NCBI GenBank assembly: GCA_051294375.1
Contig: CM119266.1
Location: 23,260,413-23,324,174 of the forward strand
Length of the DNA stretch: 63,762 nucleotides
Origin: Paraspadella gotoi
Lineage: Eukaryota; Animalia; Chaetognatha
Direction: 5' to 3'
How positions within the stretch are numbered: the first letter of the stretch is position 1; the number at the start of each line of letters is the position of its first letter. The position numbers and the translations under genes were made by a program. Below the pieces are notes generated by a model. It did no database searches. It was given only the letters and a program-made list of their open reading frames with translations, and was not told the origin of the DNA. Below, piece by piece: positions 1 through 14,000 of the stretch.

Positions 1-1299
1 TTTTTTTATGAATGGGAAGTTTTCTCTGCTTACTCCCCTTGTGTTTAATTATCTAATATTTTAGAGGTATTTTCAAAAACCTTATATAATTACTATATTT
101 TTCACTTTTTTTCAATACTTTCAAATAAAAACAATATCATAAAACATTTAAAATTAATTAAAAAATTTGATTGAATGATTTTTTAAAAAAATATTTTGAA
201 ACTTAAGAATAATGGATTTTGAGAAAGGAAAACAATTTTGCAATTCTAAAAAAATCAGCCTTTAGCCTTTTTATTTTTTTAGAGGCTGATTTTTTCATTT
301 TTTTGATATTTTGATTTTCTATGCAAAACCATTATTCTTAATGAGCATAGGTTGGACAAACTTTATTTTCAACAATTAAAAAAAAATTTAACTTTTTTAA
401 TTAGGCTTTTTTGGGGAAATAAATAAATCAATTGTTATACAATGGGTATATCTGAAAGTGATATGTCTTTAAATGATGAAACAATTTTCTTCAAATTTTA
501 TTTTGAAATTTAAGTATTGTACCAATAGAAATAAGTGAGATACTCCCGCTTTGCCGAAATTTTTATTTAACAAAGATTTGTACTGCGTAGTTTAAAAAAG
601 TTATTTTTAAAAAAAACTTTTGAATGAAAAGAGGTAGCAAGGTGGGTTTGGTATCAAATTAAAGCCCTAATCCTGGGACACCTTTCTAAAAGCGTTTTAT
701 TAAATTAAATCCATAAATCTTACACAGCTTTTGTTTAAATCAGAGTTAAAGCCTTAAAGGTATAAAAGTTTTTTGCTTTAAAAATTTTAATGAAGGCATT
801 TAAAATTTTTATTTTTTTTTGTAATTTGAAAAAGGAAAGACTGAATTACATCTTGATTATTATTAAATTCCAGAAAATTGCTTATATTTCTCAGTTAAAG
901 TAAAAAACAAACAAAAATTTATATTGTAGCTTGATAAAATGTCTTTTTAAATATAAAAATGATAAATACAAAAATGTTTTCAGCTTGATATAAACAGTCT
1001 GGACGTCTACCTTCTTGTCTGTAAAAAAATCGCCATTTTTCATTATTTTTAACTGCAAACAAAAAGCTTGACAAACTGCTTGTTTATCATAATAAAGTTT
1101 TAAAAAAATACATAGCTGGCAACATATTTGACAAAGCAAGACATCATTGTGTTAAATTGTATTGATAATTTTTTTTTGAATATAGCAAGGAATTTAATTC
1201 TATTATTTATCATCCATAATTAAGAAACAAGTTTGAGAAAACAATGTCGGATCTGCCTACAATAATTAAGATGTAATCTGCTAATCAGATGATAAATCA

Positions 1300-1720
1300 C
1301 AATATTTTTAAAAAAATTTTTTAACTCGCATCATTTTTTGAACTCGTATAATTTTTTCCACACACATAATTTTTCAACTCATCATTTTTTCAATTTACAT
1401 CATATTTATAATTCGCATCATTTTTTTAACCTCGCATCGTTTTTTTAAATTGCATCATTTTTTCCACGCACATAATTTTTTCAACTCATCATTTTTTCAA
1501 TTTATATCATTTTTACAATTCGCATCATTTTTTTAACTTGCATCATTTTTTTAACTTGCATCATTTTTTCAACTTGCATAATTTTTTCAACTTGCATAAT
1601 TTTTTCAACTTGCATAATTTTTTCAACTTGCATAATTTTTTTAACTTGCATATTTTTTTCAACTTGCATAATTTTTTCAACTTGCATAATTTGTTTAAAT
1701 TGTATCATTTTTTCAAATTA
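1300..1720. repeat. 18-bp minisatellite (ttttttcaacttgcataa)n, degenerate at its 5' end
   Basis: Visible tandem periodicity. It explains the spurious (MQVEKI)n and (HNFFNL)n ORFs. Confidence 0.9.
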
Positions 1721-1769
1721 ATTAATTAATTAATTAAATAAAACATTTATTAGTAATCATAAATAAAAA

Positions 1770-2910
1770 AGATTCAAGAAAATGTGAATTATGTTTTTTC
1801 CATTTAAACTCATTTCCACAGGCACAATTCCATCAAAACTTTATATCGAACTTCTTCACACACTTTCCTCTTCAATCTATTAATTCAATTATGATTAATT
1901 CGAGTAATTATGGGTTAAAATAAGTAACATTGCAGGACTAGCAAGATCGTGAAAACAAAAAGATTCAAGTAAATGTGACTCATATTTTTTTATTTAAACT
2001 CATTTCCACTCGTACGTTTCCACCAAAACTTTGTATCAAGCTTCGTCACACACTTTCCTACCCACACACAAAATTTCAACTAAATCTATTCATCCAATTA
2101 TGATTAAATAGAGTATTTATTGGTTAAAATAAGTAAAAAGATTTTAGTAAATTCAACTTATGTTTTTTCAATTTAAACTCATTTCCACTAGCACGATTCC
2201 ATTGAAACTTTATATCCAGCTTCATCTCACACTGCCCTACCCACACACAAAATTTAATTCCAATCCAACCAGCCAATCACGAGTTATTGGAGCTTTTTGC
2301 TAAGATGGGACGGATGGATGGATTGATTGACTAATTAATTATTGATTAATTAATTGACTAATTTATTAATTAACTGATTAATCATTTGATTTATTAATAC
2401 ATCCTTCATTTACATTTAATATAAAAGGAAAAAAAGCATAATCAATTAGTGAAACAGGTTTTTGTTTTTTTCCATTTAATGTCATTTCCACTCAAACGAT
2501 TCCATCGAGACTTGATTTCCAGCTCAATCACACACTTACCTACGCAAATACAAAATTTCAAGTCAATCGCCCCATCCACTCTTAAGTAATTGGTGTTCAA
2601 ATAGTGAAATTTATTTTTTAATTTTTTCCATTTAAGCTCATTTCCACTCGGACGATTCTATCGAAACTTAATATACAGCTCAATCACACACTTCCCTACC
2701 CACACACAAAATTTCATTCCAATCCATCCATCCAATCACGAGTAATTGGTGTTTTTTGCTAAGGTGGGACAGACAGACGGATGGACGGACGGACATAAAT
2801 TTTTTTGCATAATTTATCATAATTCGATGTTCTGACATGATATAAGTTAGTGCCCGACAATATTGAGGGGGCGGACCGACGGACCGACAAAGTGAATTAT
2901 AGAGTCGATC
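1770..2910 (+). mobile_element. Non-autonomous dispersed repeat with internal tandem subrepeats and a (ggac/agac)n microsatellite; HINE/DINE-1-like
   Basis: About 5 tandem copies of ...tttaaactcatttccact...cacacacttccctacccacacacaaaatttca.... Related copies at ~5480-5810 (-), ~17580-17660 (+) and ~23490-23620 (-). The family assignment is an inference from architecture. Confidence 0.5.
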
Positions 2911-5048
2911 TAAAAATATTTCTCGTAATAGCCCATTGGAAAGGGTTCATTGACTGACTTAATGATCGAATTTTTTAGATTTCTTTACTGCCCTCATTTT
3001 ATAAGATATAAAAGGTCATGGTTATCATGTAAGTAAGTCCAGATTATCTGTACCCTTTCTGCAACCTGCATTCCAAATTTTCTTTTTTTCTCTTTTAAAT
3101 GTATTAAATAAAAAAAATTATTTGAAAGAATAATCGGCGTGGAGGATGCCATTAGTAAGCCTTAGTTACCCCACTTCCCGATTGAATTTTTAAATGAGGT
3201 TTTTTTTTCATTTATTTGAGACATAATACTAACTATTGGTACTATTAATTTTTTCTATTTTTTCTATTACAATTCTATGAATAAATATGAATAAGTAACT
3301 TTTTTAAAAAAATTATCATCTTTCACCCTATATTCAGTCATATCTAAAAAACAAAAAAAGATTTTGCATTGATATTTTGTATATCAACATATAAAACTAG
3401 GAGTCTACGTCGTTCTTAGAAATCGAGGAAGACTTTTTCAATGGAGATTTTCGTTAAAATCTGACTACCAAATAATGTCAATGCCCCTGGGAAAAATTCA
3501 GGTAAAAAATAGATGTAAAAACACTCGATTCCGATTCTGTTGCATCTGAAGGGCGTGCACTTTTTTTTCTCTTGACAAATAACCATCATTTTGACATCAA
3601 ACCATCAGATTCAAATGGACTGGTCTGCTTGGGAAAATATTTTTAACGCAATTTTTATATATAAAATAAAGGGATTTCTCAACTTCAATACAATGTCAAT
3701 GCATTTAACATATGTTGTGATTTTACAATAAACTTCAAATTCAGGAATCCGATAGCCATATGTCTGAAGGGCTCTCAAAATTTTTCTTTACATTTTATTT
3801 GGTTATTTTGATATGATACGATCATGGGAAAGTGAATTAGTCCATTTTGGTGAAATTTTTATTTAAAGTAAAAGTAAAAGAGGAGCTCACGATCGGAATT
3901 CTAAGAGTTTTCAATCAGGAGTCAGATTCGGGAAAAATCTTTTATGGCGAAAATCTTCCAAAGAAGGGGTTGATTTTCCGAAGATTTTGGTTAATATTTT
4001 CTATATTTATGGTAGGAATTTTTTGAAACTTAATATTAACAATATTGCCATCATTCTACCTTGGCCGGTATAAGAATATATTAAAAAAAACCTCTGGCTC
4101 TGTTCGTCAGAGCTTAATCCTGTGGGATTTGATCCCGGTTTCTTCGCTTTTGAAGCTGGTGGAGTTGGGCAAATCGCCAAATAATATTATGAACAAACTT
4201 ATCCTTAAACTAATATACAATTTAACAATAAACAATTTATTGAATCAAAATAAAAGAGTCATCTCCCGGATTCGATCCCGGGAAAGATCATCCACAAACA
4301 GCGAATTAAATATAAATATAAATATAAATATTCTCTTTGCATTAATTATTATTGCATGTCATATTGATTATGTTGAACAAGAGAACATTATAACCTTATA
4401 TTTTACTAGGGTACACTAGTAGTATTTTAATAGTTCTCATTTCTGTTATATCATTTAGTTCTTAGTTCTTCTGGTAAAGGATTTGTTATCAACATTTACT
4501 GTCCATCACTACAGTTTGAATACTTTATTCGTAATTGTTAAGCTTCATTGATTTTATGTATTCCTTATTGATTGTTAGTATTATTTCCTTTTGCTTGTTT
4601 GTGCATATAGATACTCTATGGATTTCTATGGAATATCTATATGCTTTGATTATTTTATTAAGGTCGATTTTATAAATGAACAAATAAATATTTTGTTCTT
4701 GGAAAACATTTTTATCTTTTGAACGAACTAGTAAGGCGCAGACGCACGTGGTGGTCGTTCACCACAGTCCTAATAAAACTATAACGTTTCAAAAAATAAA
4801 AAGAAATATAATAATATTGAACAGTGATTTTTTTTATGCTCGGAACAGTAACGTTACGCCATTTTTCATTGTGTCGTAAGGTATTGTGGAAGACGATACC
4901 GGAAGCAGTTCATCGTCTGTCCAATATAATATGTAATATCATAACAGTATGAACTAGTTAATGCAGCCCGCTCAATCAGGGAACTGTCTGTCAAGGCTTA
5001 GACACAATTCCGCCTTCGTATACTATGCATTAGCATTTTGACTTTAGA

Positions 5049-8000
5049 TTCCAACGATTCATTTTACAGTGAAACTCCAATCAACATTTGCCTCCTCTTA
5101 CCTGTTCTGGTGAAGGCCATCGTATATCCGTTTTACATAAACGAAATCTTGCTCTGGTTCTCCAAGGACGAGAGGGCTGTTAAGACTATTCTCATCATTT
5201 TTCTGATTGTTTGCAACACTATGACCATTTTGGAGATTTGGATCAGGAGCCGCTTGGCCTATTATGACAAGGCAGAAAAACGACTCATCTCTGACATGCA
5301 GAAGATTCACATTCACTACATTCGCAAGAGGTAGACATTAGATATTGGAAAACCCCCTCCACTGTCACTCCATAATATTATATTCTTTTTCTTTACTTAG
5401 CTCAATGCGACTCTGGTTTGAGAGTATATCAATAAATAACTCTTTGATCAGTCTGTCTCAGGGATGCCGGAGGCGTTGAATTTCGCTCCGCCCGTCCGTC
5501 TGTTTGTCCGTCCGTCCCCCCTGAACAAAAAACTCCTATTACTCGTGATTGGATGGTTGGATTGGAATGAAATTTTGTGTGTATGATTGAGCTGGATATA
5601 AAGTTTCGATGGAATCGTGCGAGTTGAAATGAATTAGAATGGAAAAAAAAGTCACATTTACTAAGCTTTTTACTAATTCTAACCCATAAATTACTCGAAT
5701 TATTCACAAAGGAATGGATAAAATGAGATGAAATTTTGTGTGGGTAGGGAAGTGTGTTATTGGGCAGAATATAAAGTTTCGATGGAATCGAGGAGTGGAA
5801 ATGAGTTACTTGCGAGTTTTTCTTTTAGATTCTTTTATCCCCGGGGCCATGTTTTAACTAACTGTACTGATAGTTTTCCTAAGGCCATATTTTGCTTTCT
5901 CAAAGATTTGAAGATACCCAAATTAGGAAATGTTTAGCTCTAACTTAAGCTAGATTTTTTTTTGCTTTCCCAAAAGCTAATTTTACTTTCCCAAAAGTTA
6001 CTCTTGTTTTGAAAATTTCTTAATAAGGTCAATTTTGGATTTTTTAAAAGCTAATATACGCATTAAGGCGTAGTGAAAGTTACATACGAAAATTCTAAAA
6101 GTCAATTATTAATAACATACCATCAGTGAACATTAATTTATTTATTTATTTATTATGAAATTGGTACAACTAATATAAAAATTATCCATTCATTTAATAA
6201 ATAAGCTATCTTGCCCCTGACTTTGGACAGGCTTTGGTGGTTTAAGGCATCCATCACTCATAGCAGGTCCCTGCAAACTTTCAATCAAGACTCTCTCTCT
6301 TATATTATTTTAATATATAAAAAATTAATTTTCAGCTTAAAATATAGCTTTTTCTAATTTTTGACCCACTTAATAAAGGAATTTTTCAAAAAGAGTTATA
6401 TTTCTTTTTATCAACTTTTTATGAGGAATCCAAATTTACAAAAAAATCTTAGAAAAAACTGTTTTGAAATTTGAACATTTATTGGTTTAGTACTAGTATA
6501 AATAAAACTATAAATATGGCCTACTGCGTAAATTGTAAAATTTATTAAAAATTTTTTTTTATTATATAAATGTTCATTAGTATAATGTTGTTCGTTCCTC
6601 ACTTTTAGAATTTTAATTAAAGTTAAATTTAGAAATTTTACTCCGCCTTATTACGCATTTAAAATGCCCAAATAAGGCAATCGTTTGCTTTTGTAAAAGC
6701 TATTGGTTTGTAATCATAACCAAATTAGGAAGTTTTTAGCTTTTCTAAAAGCAACCAAATAATTGTTAGTGTTTTATAAATAGCAAGAAACTTAATACTT
6801 AATGTAAATATTTTAACGTATTATATATTTTAATCTTTTTTACGCAAATAATTGATTTATTTAACATAAAGAAGTCGTCCACAACTTTTTTATCACATTA
6901 AAAAAAAGATTTCTGTTGAAAAAATGATGCCAGTATGGTAGACTAAAATCCACCAAACGTTCATCAGCGGCCATTGGTGCCGAATGACTTGCCTCCGGCA
7001 CCAATGGCCGCTGATGAACGTTTGGTGGATTTTAGTCTACCATACTGGCATTATTTTTTTAACAGAAATCTTTTTTTTAATGTGATAAAAAAGTTGGGGA
7101 CGACTTCTTTATGTGAAATAAATCAATTATTAGCGTAAAAAAGATTAAAATATATAATACGGGGTTCTAGTTCGGTGGTCGCCTAGCAGTTAAGAGGGAC
7201 GGGGCTCTTAATAGAAATCTACTATGAAATTAAATTCAATAGGAGCGGGGATTCAAAACTTTAGTCTTGAAGTCTACTTTTAGGTAAAAAAAGAATTTTT
7301 AACAAAAGTTTGATTTTAATGCTTTTATTGTTGCTATTAAAATTACAATATTACTATATAATGATTAAGGAGTGTAACGAAAATTCGTTTATGAACAACA
7401 ATTTATTTAACAGTTTCTAAGGACATATTTCGACTCTATGTTTCGAGTCTTCATCAGCAAGTGAAAATATTAGAGCCAATTATCTCAAACATCAGTTTTG
7501 GAGAGAGAGAGAGAGTGAGAGAGAGAGAAAAAGAGAGAGAGTTTCCAACAAAGAATTGAGTGAGGGATAGTGGCCAGATGTGAGGACAGGTGATAGGCCT
7601 ACCGAGGGCCCTCCTCTCACCTGACGGTGAGGCGGGCGGTTGCCTGTTCTGGCCTGTTTCGGGACAGGTGATACAGACTCCTCTTCCTCCTCCGGCACCC
7701 ATCGCTTTGGGCGGCGCTCGGTGTGAGAAGAGTCACACTCAAGTTGCTGCAGGTTCGGTTGAGGCATCGGATGTCCATTAAGGCGTAGTAAAATTTCTAA
7801 ATTTAACTTTAATTAAAATTCTAAAAGTGAGGAACGAACAACATTATATTAATGAACATTTATGTAATAAAAAATTTATATTAAATTTTACAATTTACGC
7901 AGTAGGCCATATTTATACTAGTTCTAAATCAATAAATGTTAAAATTTCAAAACAGTTTTTTCTAAGATTTTTTTGCAGATTTGGATTCGTCATAAAAAGT

Positions 8001-11000
8001 TGATATAAAGAAATATAACTCTTTTTGAAAAATTCCTTCATTAAGTGGGTCAAAAATTAAAAAAAGCTATATTTTAAGCTGAAAATTAACTTTTTATACA
8101 TTAAATATAGTTTTTTTTAATTTTTAACCCATTTAATGAAAGAATTTTTAAAAATGATTTATATTTTCTTTTATCAACTTTTGACGAGGAATTCAAATCT
8201 GCAATCAAAATTAAAGAAAAGCTTATTTTAAAATTTTTCGATTTTATAAGGATAGTACTATATATAAATATAGCCTACTGCGAAAATTAAAAAACATAAA
8301 ATTAATTTTTTTTACAAATTAATGTTTACTGATGGTATGTTGTTCATAATTGACTTTAAATTTTTGTATGTAACTTTCACTACGCCTTAATGTCCATTGC
8401 CTGCTGAGAGGCTTCCGCCTGATCCGTCGAGTAGTAACAGGGGAATCACCGTGCGGTTGAGGTGGCGTTGGGTGCTCCACCACAGTTTTGATAAGCGAAT
8501 CATAGCTTGGAGGGAGTTCGAATCGTCCTCCATCACGGTTCAAAGAGGGCTCGAGGGCCTTGATAAAAATGGCCTCTCTAATACCTCTTGAGAACCAGTT
8601 CTGGTCATGGGACAGCACGAGACAGTCTTCCTCTCTGAACAGATGGCCCATGTTCGTTGCATGCTCTGCAATTGCCGACAGGAAGTGCCCTCTCGCGTCG
8701 CGGTAGGGTTTAACGTGCTGCTGGAACCGATCTGAAAGAGATTTGCCTGTCTCGCCCACGTATGCTGCTGTACAGGCTTGGTTGCCCGCCCCTGCACAGG
8801 CCGCCCAGTAGACGGCTCCTGATGTTTTCGGTCTGGGGATTTTGTCTTTCGGTTTCACCAATTGCTCACATAAAGAGCCGCGGGTCGTCACTGAACTGGA
8901 GATCCCCTGCTTTGCTAGCACCCGCACCAATGATTCAGTGATCCCCTGGTGGTAGGGGAGGGACAAGTGACCCACGTTCTTGAGACGCTTCTGCTTATCT
9001 CCCAATTGCGCTGTGGTGGGCGCGGTAGGTCCTTCATGATAATAATAAAAAGTTTTTTTAATCAATCTTAACTTTTTTTAATGGATTCTGATAGAGCATA
9101 AAAAGTTAAATAAAAAATATAACTACAACTTTCAAAAATATTTATGTATTCTTGGTCAAAATTAAGAAAAAGTAATAAAATTATCAAAAAATGATGATGA
9201 TGATTATAAATAGTTTTTTATATTTTTCACACACTTATGATCAAAATATCGAAACAAGAATTATACTTTGTGATGACAACTTTTTGCAAGCTACCTGAAT
9301 CTGATCTTAAAAATAAAAAAATCCGAAAAAAATTTTTAGCCTTTCCTATTTATAAATAAATAATAAAAAATTAATATATGGAGTATGAAGTAATATTAAA
9401 AAAAATTGTCAATTCAAATTTGTTAAAAAATGTCTAAATTTTCGTTTGAGCAGGTGCTTAATTCAAATTTCTTAACCACCTTACTGAGTTAGTCTCCCCC
9501 TACTCTTAACCCGCCTGTAACACGGTGTTACAGCCTGATCCGAAGCTCAGGGACTGCTTATATTGAACGGTTCTGTCACTAGCACATAATAATAATTACT
9601 GTCTCTTCATTGGTGAGCCCGACTTCCGAACACAACAGCAACAACAACACTTTCAGGCGACATGCCTCAACCTGGCGATGCACTTTCCGCCAACAACACA
9701 TCAGGCAACATGCCTCAATTTTGTGACGAACCTTTCACCAACAACAACAATTGACTGAAGAGACGCAACAGACTTCTCCCTACGAGAGGGGGGGATGCAT
9801 GGTGGACTAAAATCCACCAACCGTTCATCAGCGGCCATTGGTGCCGGAAGCAAGTCATTCGCCTCCCAACCCAAAGGTCCGGAGTTCTAGCCCGGTGGCC
9901 GCCTAGCAGTTAAGAGGGCCGGGGCGCTTAACCCGCCTGTAACACGGTGTTACAGCCTGATACGAAGCTCAGGGACTGCTTATATTGAACGGTTCTATCA
10001 CTAACACGTAAAAATAATTACGGTCTCTTCAAGATATACTAAAGCTTTTAGTCTGAGCATGTATAAACTAAAAGTATTGTATTATCGTCAGGTTTCCTTG
10101 GGACTTTATCGCCCTCCTGCCAACGTGGGTCATCCATTTCACTTTGATGAGCAAAGACGAGGTCTTCGGGTCCATCTTCATTCGCATCTCTCTCGAACTG
10201 TTCGTTTTCTCTATCCCGATTTGGATCGACCTGTTTCAGATGCGTTACTATCTGAACAATGCTCGACAGGAGCAGCCGGCTTCCCCGGTTCTTAAGCATT
10301 CAAAGAAAATAGTTCGCTTCATAGTATTTTACGCCTGCATGGTGTCGATCTTGGCCGCCGCTTGGGTCTCGATCGGATGCATCGACAAAGAATTCGACAT
10401 ACTTCGTTGCCGAAAGAATTCCTGGACTTACTTTATCAACGTCAGCGCCGGCATCAAATCGAAATTCGGGATATTTTTGTCGGCGTTTTACTTTATCGTC
10501 AATCTTGGAGGCAATGGAAGAGGCGACATTCTCCCTCATAACACTTTCGGTAAATTTTTTTGGGAAAAATCTTTTTAACGAGGTTGTGGAAGACGATGCC
10601 GCGAGCAGTTCACCGTCAGTTGCACACAAGTTCCCGAACTTCGGATCGGGCTGTAGTCCGTCACTATAGCTGGGTTAGACGCCTCGTCGGGCTTCCTTGG
10701 GTGAATCAGCGGGGCGCGAACCCGAGTCCTTTGTTGGGAGGAGCTCGTGCTACCTCCGGCGCCATAGGTGCTGCTGATTCAAGTGAGGTACATAGCTATT
10801 TTAGTGTAATGTAGTCTGTAGAATTCGATGGTGATGACCATTTTTTGGTATAATTTTATCTTTCTTGTCGGAAATGACGGTTTTTAATGTATATAAAATT
10901 GTTATAAAATAGCAAAACCATTAAAAATTATGATAAATCAAATAATTAAAATTATATAAAATTTATATGAGCTTTTGAAATCTAAAAATAAAGACTTTTA

Positions 11001-14000
11001 AAAATATTTTGGTAAGTTTATTTCTAAATTTTATGTTTTATAAAATGTTAGTTAACTATATTTATTAATAATTATGAGTAAAAATTAGGCTAATATTAAA
11101 AAATAATAATTTCAAAATTTTTTTCATGGATTTGCATTCTTTGCAAAAAGTTGATATAAGAAAATATAATTTTTATATCAAAATTATGTCATTAAGAAGG
11201 TCAAAATTCAGAAAAACTATAATTTTAAGCAAAATTGAAAAATTAAACAAAAATAAGTTTTTAATATTTTTAACCTACTTAATGAAAGAATTTTTTAAAA
11301 TGGATTATACTTTCTTATATCAACTTTTTGTAAGGAATTCAAATCCGGTTTTAAAATTTTAAAATTTTTATTTTTTTACTTTAGCTTATTTTTTATTATT
11401 ATTTTTTAATAAATATAGCTAACAAACTATTAATAAAATATAAAATTTGTAAATAAACTTACCAAAATATTTATATGGGTCTTTATTTTCATATAATGTA
11501 AGTTAAATATAGCTTTTATAAAATCTTAAGAATTTGAGTTTCTTATACTCTACGATGTTTTCTCCATTTTAATAGCACCTTATATGCTGCAAAAATCGCC
11601 ATTTCCGACAAAGAAGATGAGACTATACAAAAAAATGGTTATCATCATCGAATTCTACAGACTTTATTACACTAAAATATCTATGTACCTCACTTAATTT
11701 GTTATATTTTGTTATTTTTCAACGTCCTACCGCGCAAGTGTGATGGCTATGATGCACGCGTTGTGCCCGAGCACTCTAGGAGGGGCTGCTTATTCCTGCT
11801 CTCGTCTTCACACATGATGTTCGAGGGCAGAGGTGTGTTAACATGCCCGGGAAGAGGTGTATTAACGTGCCAGCGTTTTCGTGTGGGCTCACCAATGTGG
11901 AAGATGACGACGCGAGCAGTTCGCCGTCCGTTGCACACAAGTTCCCGAACTTCGGATCGGACTGTTGTCCGTCCTTTGGGTTGGGAGGAGCTCGTGCTAC
12001 CTCGGGCGGCATAGGTGCTGCTGATTCTCGGACGAGTAACGGGGTATTAAATACTACAGTGGAGATCCTGAGTATAATTATATAAGAAAGAAAATAAAAT
12101 CGCCAGACGAATTCTTTAGAAATTGTTTTGTTTACCAATGTAACCAAAGTTTCTCTCTCTATAAAAATGAATTCCACTTTGTACAATTAGCCCATTCGAT
12201 TCCATTCGCTTTTCTGATTTCAATAAATCGATTCATCTCATTTTGTTCGCTTTTTCTTCTCGACGACCTCCACTCGACCGCTACAAGGTGCAGATTTCAG
12301 AATCCACAACTGTGAGTCGAACGTTTAAAATGTTTTTCTTCAAGTAATTAAAATTATTTCAAAATGATTTACAGAAAGGTATTTTAAACTCTGAAAAGAA
12401 AGTTCAGAGCAAAGTCCCTGCAAAAAAAGAGTTTCTTAAATCAATCAAATCAATTCGAACCTACTGCGGAGTCTCATGTTTTAAACATTTTACAAGTTTT
12501 TTACACAATTTAAAGATGTATTTTTCCATCATATTTTTGTAAATTAGCTTGTTAATCCAGCATTTCTTTATCTATTCTTTTGATTTAGAGATGGTATTCG
12601 TTGCATTGGCAATCTTTCTCATCAATTTTTTGCTTGTTTATAATCAAGCGCATGTTGGAGCTATGGTGTACATATTTACGATGAGAAGCCGAATATACCA
12701 AATGAATAAAGCAGAAAACCAAGCCATCTTAAAAATGTAATGAACTCCATCAGTCTGCCTTTGAAAAAAAATTATATTTCAGTTACTATTACATCTCTAT
12801 TAAATGAATACTTTTTTTAAAATTTTTTGTACCAATTCCATAACATAATGTAGAACAAATGAACAATTTTCTCTTTCCTTTCTCTCTCAACATAGAGTTG
12901 AGAGTTGAGAGTTGCTAAGTATTTTATGATAATAAACCTCTCCTAATCTCGGTCACGCTGGTTAAGTGTGATGTTACATACCCTCATATAACTTAAGATT
13001 CTTGCTAACTCTTAGGTATGACGCCGAACCCAACATCCACGATCGGGTGCAACGATATTTAAAAATGTCCGTCAACTACTATGAGCACCACCGTTTGCAC
13101 ACTCTTTTCAACAATCTTAATCTAACTCTAAAAAAGGACGTTGTCTATCCTTTATGCGAAAAATTTTTTGATCAGCTCCCTATGCTTGATTCCTTGTCAT
13201 CAGGTTTTTAAAAAAAATGCTTGATATTTTTTCACTGATGAACATTTGTCTTTTGTATTTTGGTTGCTCACCAACGCTATTATCGAAATAATACAAGACC
13301 AAGAGTCACCTCGGGGTAATTATTCTTATATTCAGGAATATTGCGTCAATTATCTCTTTGTGTTCGCGAGCAATTATTTCTTCCTGGAGACACTGTTATC
13401 GATATCGGCGAGACAAATTCCAGAGCGTTTTATATTGCCAAAGTATGCAGATTGCAGATTGTACAGACCTGTGCAAAAAAAACGCGCCACTTTATTTCAG
13501 ACTTTAAAAATCACTCTATAAACTAGAATTTAAAAAAAAAAATTAAAGTTGATTAAAGTTTATTGAAAGATGCTAAGTTTAGCATAAATTTTATTAAAAT
13601 CGGGCCATCCATTTAAGAGCAGTGATTTTTTAAAATGAAGTACTCTATCGCAAAGCTGAACAAAAAAAAATCTGATACATTTAAGACTAATCTTTTTCCT
13701 TCTCATATTTTACAATACTTGAAATAGATTAAAAATAAAAAAAATTACACTGGACATCCGGAGGGATAGCTGGATAACTGAATTGCCCCAGATCCCTAAA
13801 TAATAATCTTAAGGTTATTAAAACATATGATGAAAGATAGGTCCACGTCCATGATTCTGAAGCTTTTACACGGATTTCAAATGGGAGTTAAATGAAATGA
13901 TCAAATACTGTTAGGGGTGAGTCAAAAATTTAGAGTGAGTACAAGCTCAAACGAAAATTTATACATTTTTAAGTATACTTTAAAATTTCAATGGACAAAA

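Larger units (their letters stand above)
7422..9035 (-). mobile_element. 5'-truncated Penelope-like element: GIY-YIG endonuclease ORF remnant plus 3' region, interrupted by a MITE
   Basis: ORF 8319-9065(-) contains LSLPYHQGITE...KPKD...GAVYWAAC...YVGETGKSLSDRFQQH...SAIAEHA...RGIREAIFIKALEPSLNRDGG, typical of the PLE RT C-terminus/GIY-YIG region. After removing the MITE the frame continues ...QWTSDASTEPAAT*. Confidence 0.88.
7212..9502. mobile_element. Degenerate DNA-transposon-derived insertion with 7-bp TSD CTCTTAA
   Basis: CTCTTAA at 7205-7211 and 9503-9509. The right end is ...cccta; the left end is only tag.... Removing the insertion restores the family-B LTR. Confidence 0.55.
6932..10031 (+). 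mobile_element. Twister/tRNA-like TRIM, family B: 5' LTR (split: ~6932-7211 plus 9503-9609), PBS at 9611, PPT 9784-9795, 3' LTR 9796-10031
   Basis: Direct repeats ending ...tctcttca; PBS TGGTGAGCCCGAC; PPT gagagggggggga followed by TG; tRNA-like and twister motifs in the LTR. An outer TSD was not recognisable, so joining the 6.9-7.2 kb piece to the rest relies on the CTCTTAA duplication. Confidence 0.75.
10585..12058 (-). mobile_element. Twister/tRNA-like TRIM, family D: 5' LTR 12058-11896 (internally deleted), PBS from 11894, 3' LTR remnant 10780-10585; interrupted by a foldback element
   Basis: Both LTRs end ...tcttccaca, and PBS TGGTGAGCCC follows the 5' LTR. The internal motif ggcatg.taa.a..cctctgccct.ga is shared with family A. 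A further LTR-end fragment lies at ~4885-4921. No TSD match was seen. Confidence 0.72.

Noticed and set aside
3403-3501. Candidate first exon of the channel gene (ends CAG|GTAAAA)
   Set aside because: The phase needed to join the exon at 5049 has an in-frame stop and no ATG.
7010-7040. CTGATGA as a hammerhead core
   Set aside because: No stem II-GAAA follows; it is the inverted copy of family-B LTR sequence.
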